DNA from: Gammaproteobacteria bacterium
GTDB lineage: Bacteria > Pseudomonadota > Gammaproteobacteria > Steroidobacterales > Foliamicaceae
Length of the DNA stretch: 64,000 bases
Assembly (NCBI GenBank): GCA_011523505.1
Contig: WTGP01000019.1
Coordinates: 287,980-351,979, forward strand
Reading direction: 5' to 3'
Shown here: piece by piece, positions 17,062 to 26,038 of the stretch
How the letters are laid out: each line of letters starts with the position of its first letter
Numbering within the stretch: position 1 is the first letter of the stretch
The notes under the pieces: generated by a model
Told to the model about the DNA's origin: nothing
The model's input: the letters and a program-made list of their open reading frames with translations, nothing else
The model's database searches: none
Position numbers and translations under genes: made by a program

Positions 17062-19014
17062 ATGGCGCATTCCGATGCGCGGGGAGGACGGCTGATGAGC
17101 GCCAGCGAGGCGGGAGCAGCGCAGGCAGGGGCGGAACGCGGGCAGTTCTCGCTGCTGCTGACCCGGCGGTTCTCGCCTTTCTTCTTCACCCAGGCACTGG
17201 GCGCGTTCAACGACAACGTGTACCGCAACGCGGTCATCGTGCTGATCGTGTTCGGCTCCGGTTCGCTGGACCGCGACTTCCTGGCGAACATGGGCGCCGG
17301 CCTTTTTGCGCTGCCGTTCTTCCTGTTTTCGGCATTGGCGGGCGAAATCGCCGACCACGGCGACAAGGCGGCCCTCACAAGGCGCATCAAGATCGCCGAA
17401 ATATGCATCATGCTCCTCGGCGGACTGGCCGTGGCGTCCGGTTCGGTAATAGCGGTCATGGCGGTCCTGTTCCTGATGGGCACGCAATCGACGTTCTTCG
17501 GGCCGATCAAGTACGCCATCATCCCCCAGCACCTCAGGCAGGCCGAGCTCGTGGGCGGCAACGGTCTGGTGCAGATGGGCACCTTCGTGGCCATACCGGC
17601 GGGGCTCATGCTGGGCGGGGCGCTGGCAGGGGCGGAACCCGCGGGCAACAGGCCGTTGCTGATCGGCGTCACCGTCGTGGGGCTGGCGACCGCCGGATAC
17701 CTCGCCAGCCGGTTCATTCCCGGGGCGCCGCCCGCCGAGGGCGCCGGCAGGATCTGCTGGAATCCGGTTACGGTCATCGCGCGCATGGGCCGCGCCGCCT
17801 CGGCCAAACGTTCCGTCCTGCTCTCCATACTGGGCATTTCCTGGTTCTGGCTGCTGGGGTCCGTGGTGCTCGCCCAAATGCCCAATTATGGCAAGGAGAT
17901 CCTGAACGCCAGCGAAACAGTCACCACTTCGCTTATGGCGACGCTGGCTGTGGGCATCGGCGTGGGGTCCGTCGTGTGCGAATGGCTTTCGGGCCGCCGG
18001 GTGGAAATCGGTCTCACGCCGATCGGCAGCCTGGGGCTGACGGTGGTTGCGGCGCATCTGGCTTTCAGCACGATGAGCCCGGTTACGCCGGAGGCGGGCG
18101 TCGCGCAGTTCCTGGCCGCGGGCGGCTGGGGCCCGGTGCTGGACCTGTTCCTGATCGGCGTCTTCGGCGGCTTGTACGTGGTTCCCATGTACTCCGTGAT
18201 TCAGCAGCGCACAAGGCAGGAAACCCGGGCGCGCGTAATCGCCTTCAACAATATCGTCAGTTCGCTGTTCATGGTGATCGGCGCCGGCTTGAGCATCCTG
18301 GTGCTTGTTGCACTGGGGATGACCATTCCGGACCTGTTCCTGGTGCTGGCGGCGATCAACCTGGGCGTCGCGATCTTCGTCTTCTGGGAAGTCCCCGAAT
18401 TCGTTGCGCGGTTCCTGGTCTGGTGCCTGATGCGCAGCCTGTACCGGCTGCGCTTCCGCAACCTCGACCGCGTGCCCGAACGCGGCGCGGCGGTGCTGGT
18501 CTGCAACCATGTCAGCTACGTAGACGCATTGTTGATTCTGGGCGTGCTGCGCCGGCCGGTCCGTTTCGTCATGATCAAGCGCATCTACGACATGCCGCTG
18601 CTGAATTTCATCTTCCGCAGCGTCAACGCTGTCCCAATCACGGCGCGCAAGGACGACCCGGAAATCTATCGCAAGGCGTTCGAATCGCTTGCCGACGCGC
18701 TGCGGAACCAGGAACTGGTGTGCATCTTCCCCGAAGGTCACCTGACCCGCGACGGGCGCATGCACGAATTCCGTCCGGGGGTGCTCAAGCTGTTGAAGCA
18801 GGTCCCGGCGCCGGTCGTTCCGATGGCGCTGCGCGGCTTGTGGGGCAGCCTGTTCTCGCACCAGGGGCGAGGCGCGTTCCGCGGCGGTCTGAGTTGGCTG
18901 CGGGCGCCGGTGGAACTGCTGGTGGGCAAGCCCATGGCGCCGGAAGGAATCACGACCGACCAGCTGTACGAGGAGGTCGCCCGGCTGCGCGGCGCAGGAA
19001 GGGCAGAGGCATGA
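17062..19014 (+). CDS. MFS lysophospholipid transporter (LplT-like) fused to a PlsC-type acyltransferase
   Basis: N-terminal 12-TM MFS region (FSPFFFTQALGAFNDNVYRNA). C-terminal acyltransferase HxxxxD motif (VCNHVSYVDA) and FPEGHLTRDG. The start could be M1 or M12. Confidence 0.8.
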   Translation: MAHSDARGGRLMSASEAGAAQAGAERGQFSLLLTRRFSPFFFTQALGAFNDNVYRNAVIVLIVFGSGSLDRDFLANMGAGLFALPFFLFSALAGEIADHGDKAALTRRIKIAEICIMLLGGLAVASGSVIAVMAVLFLMGTQSTFFGPIKYAIIPQHLRQAELVGGNGLVQMGTFVAIPAGLMLGGALAGAEPAGNRPLLIGVTVVGLATAGYLASRFIPGAPPAEGAGRICWNPVTVIARMGRAASAKRSVLLSILGISWFWLLGSVVLAQMPNYGKEILNASETVTTSLMATLAVGIGVGSVVCEWLSGRRVEIGLTPIGSLGLTVVAAHLAFSTMSPVTPEAGVAQFLAAGGWGPVLDLFLIGVFGGLYVVPMYSVIQQRTRQETRARVIAFNNIVSSLFMVIGAGLSILVLVALGMTIPDLFLVLAAINLGVAIFVFWEVPEFVARFLVWCLMRSLYRLRFRNLDRVPERGAAVLVCNHVSYVDALLILGVLRRPVRFVMIKRIYDMPLLNFIFRSVNAVPITARKDDPEIYRKAFESLADALRNQELVCIFPEGHLTRDGRMHEFRPGVLKLLKQVPAPVVPMALRGLWGSLFSHQGRGAFRGGLSWLRAPVELLVGKPMAPEGITTDQLYEEVARLRGAGRAEA

Positions 19015-19822
19015 GTCGGGGCGTGGTGGCCTGGTAGTCGCGGTAAGCGGGGTACTTCGCAAGCGTCAGCGATTCCGTCAGCTGGGTCGAACCCTGGAAC
19101 AGCAGCGTGAGAACCACGAAGCCCAGGCCGGTCCAGTCGAGCCACACACCGGAGGCGCCCACCGCAAACAGGTAGAACACCCACCACATGCCCATCTCGC
19201 AGAAGAAATTGGGGTGGCGGCACCAGGCGAACAGGCCGGTCGTGACGAATGGCCGGGTCACCTCCTCGCCCGCATCGATCTTCCGTTTCTTGCCCTGCTG
19301 GAATCGCCACATCTGCTCGTCGGCCACCCATTCGCCGATGAAGAACGCCACGAAAACCGCGGCGGCGATTCCATCGAGAAAGGTCAGGGGCGTTTCCCGC
19401 CACAGCCAGGCTTGGTGCACGGGCGATGCGAACAGCCAGACGATGAGCATCTGGCCCGGAGCGATAAACAGCAGGTTCAGCGCCTGGAATCCGACCGGGC
19501 CGATCTTCTCGTGGATCGCCGCCCACCGGTAGTCTTCACCGCCCCTGGAGAAGCCGCCCTTGCGCGCGTAGTTGTGGGTCAGCCTCAGGCCCCACAGCGT
19601 AACCAGGACTGCCATGAGATTGAGGCGCGGCGAGGCGAAATCGGCATCCGCCGCGACGATGAGGCAATAGACCGGCGGGCACAGCGACCACAGCCGGTCG
19701 GCCCAGGAGTACTCGCGGGTGATTACCGAGGCGAGCCAGGCCAGGATCGAGATCACGATGCAAAGATCGAGCGCCGTCCCGTACGGCGTGCCCGTGAGCG
19801 GGTGGTTGATGAAATTCAGCAT
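18950..19822 (-). CDS. DUF1295 / steroid 5-alpha-reductase-like membrane protein
   Basis: Polytopic. GLFAWCRHPNFFCEMGMWW matches the conserved RHPNY/F motif of the DUF1295/ICMT-like superfamily. The 3' end overlaps the convergent upstream gene by 65 nt. Confidence 0.7.
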   Translation of the reverse strand: MLNFINHPLTGTPYGTALDLCIVISILAWLASVITREYSWADRLWSLCPPVYCLIVAADADFASPRLNLMAVLVTLWGLRLTHNYARKGGFSRGGEDYRWAAIHEKIGPVGFQALNLLFIAPGQMLIVWLFASPVHQAWLWRETPLTFLDGIAAAVFVAFFIGEWVADEQMWRFQQGKKRKIDAGEEVTRPFVTTGLFAWCRHPNFFCEMGMWWVFYLFAVGASGVWLDWTGLGFVVLTLLFQGSTQLTESLTLAKYPAYRDYQATTPRLMPLPFLRRAAGRPPRTAGRS

Positions 19823-19870
19823 GAGTGGGCGGGGACGCCCGAGGCGGGCCCGGCGCGTGCGGCGTAGCGC

Positions 19871-20581
19871 TTACCAGGCGACTTCTTCTCCGAAGCGGTT
19901 GATGAACTCGCCCGATCGGGACGACTCAAGACGCTCGAACAACTCCTGCTGCATGCGCACGCTCTCGACCGGGTCCACCGGCGCCTCCGGTCCGCCCAGA
20001 TCGGTGCGGCACCAGCCCGGCGCCATGGCGATGACCGTGATGTTCTGCCACTCGATCGCCATGCCCTTGGTCAGCATGTTGAGCGCCGACTTGCTGCTGC
20101 GGTAGGCGTAGGCATGTCCCATGGAGTTGTTGGCGATCGATCCCATGTCGCTGGACATGTTCACGAGCAGCGGATTGGCGGCGGCCTCCAGATGCGGCTT
20201 GAAACAGACCGCCACCTTGAACGCCGCCATGACGTTGATTTCGTGCATTTCGCGCCACAGTTCGTAATCCATGCTTTCCAGAGACTGGTAATGCATGCCC
20301 TCGAATGCCGACTTGGGCCCGTAGGTGCCGGCATTGTTCAGCAGAATGTCCAGCGACTCGCCCGCCATTTCCCCGGCCAGCGTCTCAATGCGCTCGTGAT
20401 CCGTAACGTCCAGGGTTACCGTGCGCAGCGAACGGGAACCGTTTGATTCGAGCGCTTTCAGACCCGGCGACGCTTCCGGGTTGCGGGCCGTGGCAATCAC
20501 TTCCCAGTCCTTCTCGAGGTACTGCCTGGCGTGCTCCAGGCCCAGACCGCGGGAGGCGCCCGTAATCAGGATGCGTGGCAT
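19871..20581 (-). CDS. short-chain dehydrogenase/reductase (SDR)
   Basis: ILITGASRGLG (TGxxxGxG), NNAG, and YRSSKSAL (YxxxK). Confidence 0.85.
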   Translation of the reverse strand: MPRILITGASRGLGLEHARQYLEKDWEVIATARNPEASPGLKALESNGSRSLRTVTLDVTDHERIETLAGEMAGESLDILLNNAGTYGPKSAFEGMHYQSLESMDYELWREMHEINVMAAFKVAVCFKPHLEAAANPLLVNMSSDMGSIANNSMGHAYAYRSSKSALNMLTKGMAIEWQNITVIAMAPGWCRTDLGGPEAPVDPVESVRMQQELFERLESSRSGEFINRFGEEVAW

Positions 20582-20622
20582 AGGGATTCCCGTGCTTTCG
20601 TGGGAGAGTTAGCATAACCGCA

Positions 20623-21330
20623 ATGACTCCGGGAAACACTGGCCTGGCGCGCTTTCTCCTGCCCTGGCGTTGCGCGCTGTGCGCCGGTCGCGCGCGCGAT
20701 GGCCGGGAATTGTGCGACGAATGCGACGCCGGCCTTCCCCGCGCCGAACAGGCTTGCCCCCGCTGCGGAATCCGCATGGCCCGGACCGATGTCACCGGCG
20801 TCTGCGGGCGTTGCGCGGTCCGGCCTCCGGACTTTTACCGAATGGTGGCTCCGCTTGCCTACGACTATCCGGTGGACCGACTGCTCCTGGGGCTGAAATT
20901 CGGCCGCCGGATGCACCTGGCGCGGGCGCTCGGCCAGGCCATTGCCGAGGGCGTTCGCTCGCAGGTCGAGCAGGGCGTTCTGGAAATGCCCGAGGCGCTG
21001 GCCCCCGTTCCGCTGCACCCGCGGCGGCTGGCAAAGCGCGGTTTCAACCAGGCGGAGGAAATCGCCCGCCTGATCGCGCGCGAAATCGGCGTGCCGATGC
21101 TGCCGGACATCTGCCGCCGGGTCCGGCACACGCGCATGCAGAGCCGCCTCAGCGACGAGGAACGCCGCCTGAACGTCGCGGGAGCTTTTGCGTGCGCGCA
21201 GTCGCCGCTCCGGCCGGCGATAGTGGACGACGTCGTTACGACGGGGGCAACGGTTGACGCGATGGCCGCGGCGCTCATCGCCGCCGGCGCCGAGCGCGTG
21301 CAGGTATGGGCGGCGGCAAGGGCCGGGTGA
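20623..21330 (+). CDS. comF: ComF-family phosphoribosyltransferase-like protein
   Basis: N-terminal zinc-ribbon cysteines CxxC...CxxC...CPRCG...CxxC. C-terminal PRTase motif AIVDDVVTTGAT. Confidence 0.8.
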   Translation: MTPGNTGLARFLLPWRCALCAGRARDGRELCDECDAGLPRAEQACPRCGIRMARTDVTGVCGRCAVRPPDFYRMVAPLAYDYPVDRLLLGLKFGRRMHLARALGQAIAEGVRSQVEQGVLEMPEALAPVPLHPRRLAKRGFNQAEEIARLIAREIGVPMLPDICRRVRHTRMQSRLSDEERRLNVAGAFACAQSPLRPAIVDDVVTTGATVDAMAAALIAAGAERVQVWAAARAG

Positions 21331-21401
21331 CGGCCTTCTTCGGAACCGGACGCTGAACCGGGCGGGAAGGGCGCGCGCATACTACTCTTTACGGCGGGCC
21401 G

Positions 21402-21425
21402 AAAGTGGCGAAAAAAGTGGTGAAA
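21402..21425 (+). promoter_or_regulatory. perfect tandem 12-mer AAAGTGGYGAAA x2 upstream of putA (possible operator/promoter element)
   Basis: AAAGTGGCGAAA (21402-21413) is followed immediately by AAAGTGGTGAAA (21414-21425), 35 nt upstream of the putA ATG. The function is inferred only from position. Confidence 0.2.
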
Positions 21426-21459
21426 TAGGCAACCAGGAACGAACACGAAGAGATGTGAG

Positions 21460-24400
21460 ATGAGCAGCGCACTGAATCGAATCGACAAACACAAGTTTGC
21501 GCCGGAAATCCCGCTCGTAAGGCGGCTGGCGGAAGAATTCACCCTCGACCGGGACACCCGCCGGGCCATCGTCGAACAGGCCGCGGAACTGGTGCGCCGC
21601 GTGCGCACTTCGCCGAAAGGCCCCACGATGCTGGACGCGTTCCTGAACGAGTTCGGGCTGCACAACGACGAGGGCGTGGCGCTGATGTGCCTGGCCGAGT
21701 CCCTGCTGCGGGTGCCCGACCCGCAAACCGCCGACGAGCTGATCGCCGACAAGCTTGGGCCGGCGCACTGGGACGAGCACCTGGGACATTCGAGCTCGTT
21801 GCTGGTGAACGCCTCCACCTGGGCGCTGATGCTTACCGGCCGCGCCGTGTCCATGCGCCGCTTCGAAGGCCAGTCGGGCGGAGCGGTTCTGCAGTCGCTG
21901 GCGGGGCGCCTCGGCGAACCGGTCATCCGCGGGGCCGTGCGGCAGGCCATGAGCATCCTCGGCCAGGAGTTCGTGATGGGCGAGACCATGGAGGAGGCCG
22001 TCAAGCGCGCCTACAGGCTCGACAGCAGCGTCGAGTACTCGTTCGACATTCTGGGCGAAGGGGCGCGCACGGCCGGGGTCGCCGAAGAGTATTTCCGAGG
22101 ATACTGCAAGGCCATTCCGATGGTGGGCGAACGGCAGCCTGCCAGGACCGGGAGGCGCTGCGGCATGTCGATCAAGCTGACCGCGCTGCACCCGCGCTAC
22201 GACGCCCGGCAGTCCGCCCGGATCCACGAGGAAATGTATCCGCGGCTGCTCAAGCTGTGCGAGCTCGCGCGCGAGCACGACATCCCCCTTTGCCTGGACG
22301 CCGAGGAAGCCGACCGGCTGATCCTGTCGCTGGAACTGACCGAGCGCCTGTGCCGGGAGGCCTCGTTGCGCGGCTGGAACGGGCTGGGACTGGCCGTGCA
22401 GGGCTACGGCAAGCGGGCCAAGCGGGTGATCGGATGGCTGAGCGAACTGGCGCAAACCACCCGGCGGCAGATTTCCGTTCGGCTGGTCAAGGGCGCCTAC
22501 TGGGACGCCGAGATCAAGCGCGCCCAGATCGCCGGCATGCCGGATTACCCCGTGTTCACGGCCAAGGAAAACACCGACACGGCCTATCTTTCCTGCGCCG
22601 AGGCCATGCTGGCCGAGCGCCCGCACCTGTTCTGCGCTTTCGCCACCCACAACGCCCACACGCTCACCACGGTGCTCGCCCTTACGGAAGGAGACCGCTC
22701 GAACATGGAGCTGCAGCGCATCCACGGGATGGGAGAGCGGCTGCACGAAACCGCGCGCGAGATGTTCGAAGACTTTCCGCCCGTTCGTGTCTATGCGCCG
22801 GCCGGACTCTACGAAGACCTGCTCGCCTACCTGGTCCGGCGACTGCTGGAGAACGGCGCCAACTCCAGTTTCGTAAACCGGCTCTACGACGAGGAGCTTG
22901 CGCCGGAGGCCATCGTGTCCGACCCGATCGAAATCTCGCTGGCCCGAACCTCCTCGCCCCTGCCGACGCCCGACCTGCTGTACGGAGCGGACCGCCCCAA
23001 CTCGGCCGGCTGCGACCTGGCCTCGCAAACCGCGCTGGGGCGTTTTTCGGCGCTTCTTTCGGAACGGGCCAACATGCCGGAACCGCAGGCCGTGGACCCG
23101 GCTTCCGGGGAGATCGGCGCCTGGGTCAAGAGCGCTGCCGAAGCCCAGCCGTCGTGGGACGCGCTCGGCGGAAGGCGCCGCGCCAACATATTGAGGACGG
23201 CGGCCGATGCGCTGGAAGACGGGCGCGACGAGTTCTTCCGCGTGCTGGCCGGCGAGGCCGGCAAGACGGTGGACGATGCGGTAGCCGAAGTGCGCGAGGC
23301 GGTGGATTTCATGCGCTACTACGCCTGCCGGGCGGAACGGGATTTCGAATCGCCCATGGCCCAGGACGGACCCACCGGAGAGTCCAACGACCTGAGCCTG
23401 CACGGCCGCGGCGTATTCGTGTGCATCAGCCCCTGGAACTTCCCGCTGGCGATCTTCCTGGGCCAGGTGTCCGCCGCCCTTTTGGCCGGCAACGCCGTGC
23501 TGGCCAAGCCCGCCGAGCAGACCCCGCGCATCGCGAAAATGGCCGTGGACCTGCTGCACGCCGCCGGCGTTCCGGAGGACGTGCTCAGGCTGGTGGCGGG
23601 CGCCGGGGACGTGGGCGCTGCGCTGGTCAATCACACCGGCATCGCCGGCGTGGCGTTCACCGGCGGCACGGACACGGCGGCGCGAATTCAGTCCGCCCTG
23701 GCCGGCAAGTCCAACCGCCCCATCGTGCCGTTCATCGCCGAGACCGGCGGTCAGAACGTGATGATCGCGGACTCGTCGGCCCTGATCGAACAAACCACCG
23801 ACGACGCCATCCGCTCGGCGTTCCTTAGCGCCGGCCAGCGCTGCTCCGCCTTGCGGGTGCTGTGCGTGCAGGACGAGGTGGCCGGCACGCTGCTGGATTC
23901 GATTCGCGGCGCCGCGGCCGAGCTCGCGATCGGCGATCCCCACGACCCCTCAACCGACATCGGCCCGATCATCGACCAGCCTTCCCTGGAGCGGATCCAG
24001 GCGCACGTCGAGCGCATGCGCTTGCTGGACTGCGAAGTCTGGACCGGAGGCCGACTCGACGAATCGCTGAAAGGCCCGTACATCCGACCGCACATCATCG
24101 AACTGGAAAGCCTGGCGCAACTCGAGGGCGAGTGCTTCGGCCCGGTCATGCACGTGCTGCGCTTCGACGCCGCCGACCTGGCCGGGCTGGTGGACTCGAT
24201 CAACCGCCTCGAATTCGGGCTGACCCTGGGCGTGCAGAGCCGCATCGACGCCCGCGTAAACGAGGTCATCGCGCGTGCGCGCGTAGGCAACATATATGTA
24301 AACCGCGACATGGTCGGCGCCGTGGTGGGCGTTCAACCCTTCGGCGGCATGGGCCTGTCCGGCACCGGCCCCAAGGCAGGCGGCCCCCACTACCTGCACC

Positions 24401-24483
24401 GCTTCGCCGTCGAAAAAACCATCACCATCAACACAACCGCCAAGGGCGGCAACGTGGAACTGCTGCGCTCCGTAAGCGCCTAA
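21460..24483 (+). CDS. putA: bifunctional proline dehydrogenase / L-glutamate-gamma-semialdehyde (P5C) dehydrogenase PutA (no RHH DNA-binding domain)
   Basis: 1007 aa. PRODH barrel motifs (VRLVKGAYWD, RLLENGANSSFV) are followed by an aldehyde dehydrogenase domain (ISPWNFPLAI, FIAETGGQNVMI, SAGQRCSALR). Confidence 0.95.
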   Translation: MSSALNRIDKHKFAPEIPLVRRLAEEFTLDRDTRRAIVEQAAELVRRVRTSPKGPTMLDAFLNEFGLHNDEGVALMCLAESLLRVPDPQTADELIADKLGPAHWDEHLGHSSSLLVNASTWALMLTGRAVSMRRFEGQSGGAVLQSLAGRLGEPVIRGAVRQAMSILGQEFVMGETMEEAVKRAYRLDSSVEYSFDILGEGARTAGVAEEYFRGYCKAIPMVGERQPARTGRRCGMSIKLTALHPRYDARQSARIHEEMYPRLLKLCELAREHDIPLCLDAEEADRLILSLELTERLCREASLRGWNGLGLAVQGYGKRAKRVIGWLSELAQTTRRQISVRLVKGAYWDAEIKRAQIAGMPDYPVFTAKENTDTAYLSCAEAMLAERPHLFCAFATHNAHTLTTVLALTEGDRSNMELQRIHGMGERLHETAREMFEDFPPVRVYAPAGLYEDLLAYLVRRLLENGANSSFVNRLYDEELAPEAIVSDPIEISLARTSSPLPTPDLLYGADRPNSAGCDLASQTALGRFSALLSERANMPEPQAVDPASGEIGAWVKSAAEAQPSWDALGGRRRANILRTAADALEDGRDEFFRVLAGEAGKTVDDAVAEVREAVDFMRYYACRAERDFESPMAQDGPTGESNDLSLHGRGVFVCISPWNFPLAIFLGQVSAALLAGNAVLAKPAEQTPRIAKMAVDLLHAAGVPEDVLRLVAGAGDVGAALVNHTGIAGVAFTGGTDTAARIQSALAGKSNRPIVPFIAETGGQNVMIADSSALIEQTTDDAIRSAFLSAGQRCSALRVLCVQDEVAGTLLDSIRGAAAELAIGDPHDPSTDIGPIIDQPSLERIQAHVERMRLLDCEVWTGGRLDESLKGPYIRPHIIELESLAQLEGECFGPVMHVLRFDAADLAGLVDSINRLEFGLTLGVQSRIDARVNEVIARARVGNIYVNRDMVGAVVGVQPFGGMGLSGTGPKAGGPHYLHRFAVEKTITINTTAKGGNVELLRSVSA

Positions 24484-24740
24484 GGAGTAAACCACTGCAC
24501 CGCCTGGCTTAGGTCGGCCCAGGTTGGAGGTGCCAATTCCGCAACAACGGTTTCCGGCCCGAGTTGAATCGCGACCCATTCGCCTCGAAGGCCGGTTGCT
24601 CACGCTGCGGAAAGGGCCACATTCGCGCTTCATTTCGATCTGGCCGCGATGATGTGGCCCACATATCATCCGGGTCCCGTTGGGTTTGCCGATAGCGACT
24701 AAGGAGACTAAACTATATGGACTTAGTTCTGGAGAACATC

Positions 24741-24986
24741 ATGCGTTCCGTCAATATCCACGAGGCCAAGACCCATCTTTCACGGCTCGTGAATGCCGCA
24801 GCCAACGGCGAGCCATTCATCATCGCACGCGCCGGAAAACCGGTAGTCAAAGTAATCGCCATAGACGCGCCTGACGCCGGCAGCAAGCGTCGAATTGGAT
24901 TTCTGGAGGGACAGATCTCCGTGCCCAAGGATTTTGACAGCCTGGATGCCGAAGAAATCAGCCGCCTGTTTGAGACCGGCAATTGA
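24741..24986 (+). CDS. type II antitoxin, Phd/YefM family (VapB-type partner)
   Basis: MRSVNIHEAKTHLSRLVNAAANGEPFIIARAGKPVVKV is the canonical N-terminus of this family. GGAG lies 6 nt upstream. The track ORF starts 24 nt earlier (24717), which is also possible. The stop overlaps the toxin start (TTGA). Confidence 0.85.
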   Translation: MRSVNIHEAKTHLSRLVNAAANGEPFIIARAGKPVVKVIAIDAPDAGSKRRIGFLEGQISVPKDFDSLDAEEISRLFETGN

Positions 24987-25369
24987 GCCTGCTGCTCGAC
25001 ACAAATGTGCTGCTCTGGACTTCCGGTCATCCGGACCGGCTACCGCAGGATGCACGCGACCTGATTCAAGACAAGGCCACAGAGCTGTTCTTCAGCGCCG
25101 CATCACTATGGGAAGTCGCCATCAAGAACGGTCGGGGACACGCCGATTTCAATGTCGACCCGCGCCTTCTCAGGCGTGGATTGCTTGAGAACGGTTACTC
25201 CGAACTCCCTGTGACGGGAGCGCACGCTGTGGCAGTTGATCTGCTACCGGACATCCATAAGGATCCCTTCGATCGAATTCTCATTGCGCAGGCGCAAATT
25301 GAAGGTCTCACGCTATTGACAGCCGACAAGAAACTTCGCGACTATCCCGGCCCGATTCGGGTGCTGTAA
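24983..25369 (+). CDS. vapC: type II toxin, PIN-domain ribonuclease VapC
   Basis: LLLDTNVLLW (first acidic residue), SAASLWEVAIK and DPFDRILIAQA..LLTADKKL match the PIN fold acidic quartet pattern. TTG start coupled to the antitoxin. Confidence 0.85.
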   Translation: MSLLLDTNVLLWTSGHPDRLPQDARDLIQDKATELFFSAASLWEVAIKNGRGHADFNVDPRLLRRGLLENGYSELPVTGAHAVAVDLLPDIHKDPFDRILIAQAQIEGLTLLTADKKLRDYPGPIRVL

Positions 25370-25390
25370 CCACTTCCTCCCCCTTCCCCG

Positions 25391-25434
25391 TTCCAGGGTG
25401 CTTTCCATTCGCCTTAGCCCGCGGCGCAGCGAGC
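25391..25434. repeat. direct repeat copy R1 (44 bp, 40/44 identical to 25835..25878)
   Basis: TTCCAGGGTGCTTTCCATTCGCCTTAGCCCGCGGCGCAGCGAGC. Read on the minus strand it gives SLRRGLRRMESTLE, a relic-like match to the C-terminus of the 25811..26038 ORF. Confidence 0.85.
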
Positions 25435-25546
25435 AAGACTCAAAAAGCGACGCGGTTGCAGCGGGTTGCCCCCAGTGCGGAAATAGGCGCGCTTGCGCAT
25501 CGGTTTCGATCAGGCCGCCGCATCTCCCGGCGTTACAATGCGCGAC

Positions 25547-25801
25547 ATGGCTGTCACCGCTTTCGATACCTTTCAAGCCGCGCGGGCGCTCGAATCCGCA
25601 GGCGTGGAGCGCGCCCAGGCGGAAGCCATCGCCGGAGCGATACAGCACCGCCAGGACTACGCAACAAAGTCAGATCTCGCGAAGCTGGGTAGCGAGCTGC
25701 GGGCCGAAATGGCCGCTCTTGAAGCACGTTTGACCAATCGCTTCTACGCTGCCACCGTCGGACTGGCCGCGACGGTTGCGGCATTTGGTCTGTTTACCTA
25801 G
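25547..25801 (+). CDS. DUF1640-like small coiled-coil protein with C-terminal TM helix
   Basis: MAVTAFDTFQAARALESAGVERAQAEAIAGAIQ...DYATKSDLAKLGSELRAEM...YAATVGLAATVAAFGLFT resembles the DUF1640 pattern (FDT..f...Le.aG....qAeai). The start could be 25538 instead. Confidence 0.6.
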   Translation: MAVTAFDTFQAARALESAGVERAQAEAIAGAIQHRQDYATKSDLAKLGSELRAEMAALEARLTNRFYAATVGLAATVAAFGLFT

Positions 25802-25810
25802 CCTCGCCGT

Positions 25811-26038
25811 TCAGGCTTCTGACAGTTCGATTATTTCCAGGCTGTCTTCCATTCGCCTTAGCCCGCAGCGCAGCGAGCGCACCTGATTGTCGAGCTTGTC
25901 CAATTCGTCACGGAAATCCTCCACGAGCTGGCCCATCATTTCGGAATCAGGTTGCAGTTCCTTGCGTTCCGTGTAGAACGTCTTCTTCGTATCGTCCAGC
26001 TGCATCCCGATATCCTGCAAGGTAAGTTGAATCTCCAT
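25811..26038 (-). CDS. hypothetical 75-aa acidic coiled-coil protein
   Basis: Start chosen at MEIQLTLQD with GGGGAGGGA 7 nt upstream (the track ORF extends to 26089). Lies in a visibly AT-richer stretch. No family recognised. Its 3' end contains repeat R2. Confidence 0.45.
   Translation of the reverse strand: MEIQLTLQDIGMQLDDTKKTFYTERKELQPDSEMMGQLVEDFRDELDKLDNQVRSLRCGLRRMEDSLEIIELSEA
25835..25878. repeat. direct repeat copy R2 (44 bp)
   Basis: TTCCAGGCTGTCTTCCATTCGCCTTAGCCCGCAGCGCAGCGAGC. Four mismatches to R1, located 444 bp downstream of it. Confidence 0.85.

Noticed and set aside
16666-19062. 798-aa minus-strand ORF
   Set aside because: Antisense to the bioC-like and MFS-acyltransferase genes. 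Its composition is extremely Arg/Gln/His/Pro-rich, with no domain signature.
21382-23943. 853-aa minus-strand ORF, and a 713-aa plus-strand alternate-frame ORF (21687..23828), across putA
   Set aside because: putA in its own frame is unambiguous (PRODH and ALDH motifs over 1007 aa). The others are low-complexity Arg/Gly/Pro-rich read-throughs.
24580-24625. Possible third, degenerate copy of the 44-bp repeat (CCATTCGCCT... at about 24586)
   Set aside because: Only a 10-nt core matches and the rest diverges. That is indistinguishable from chance.
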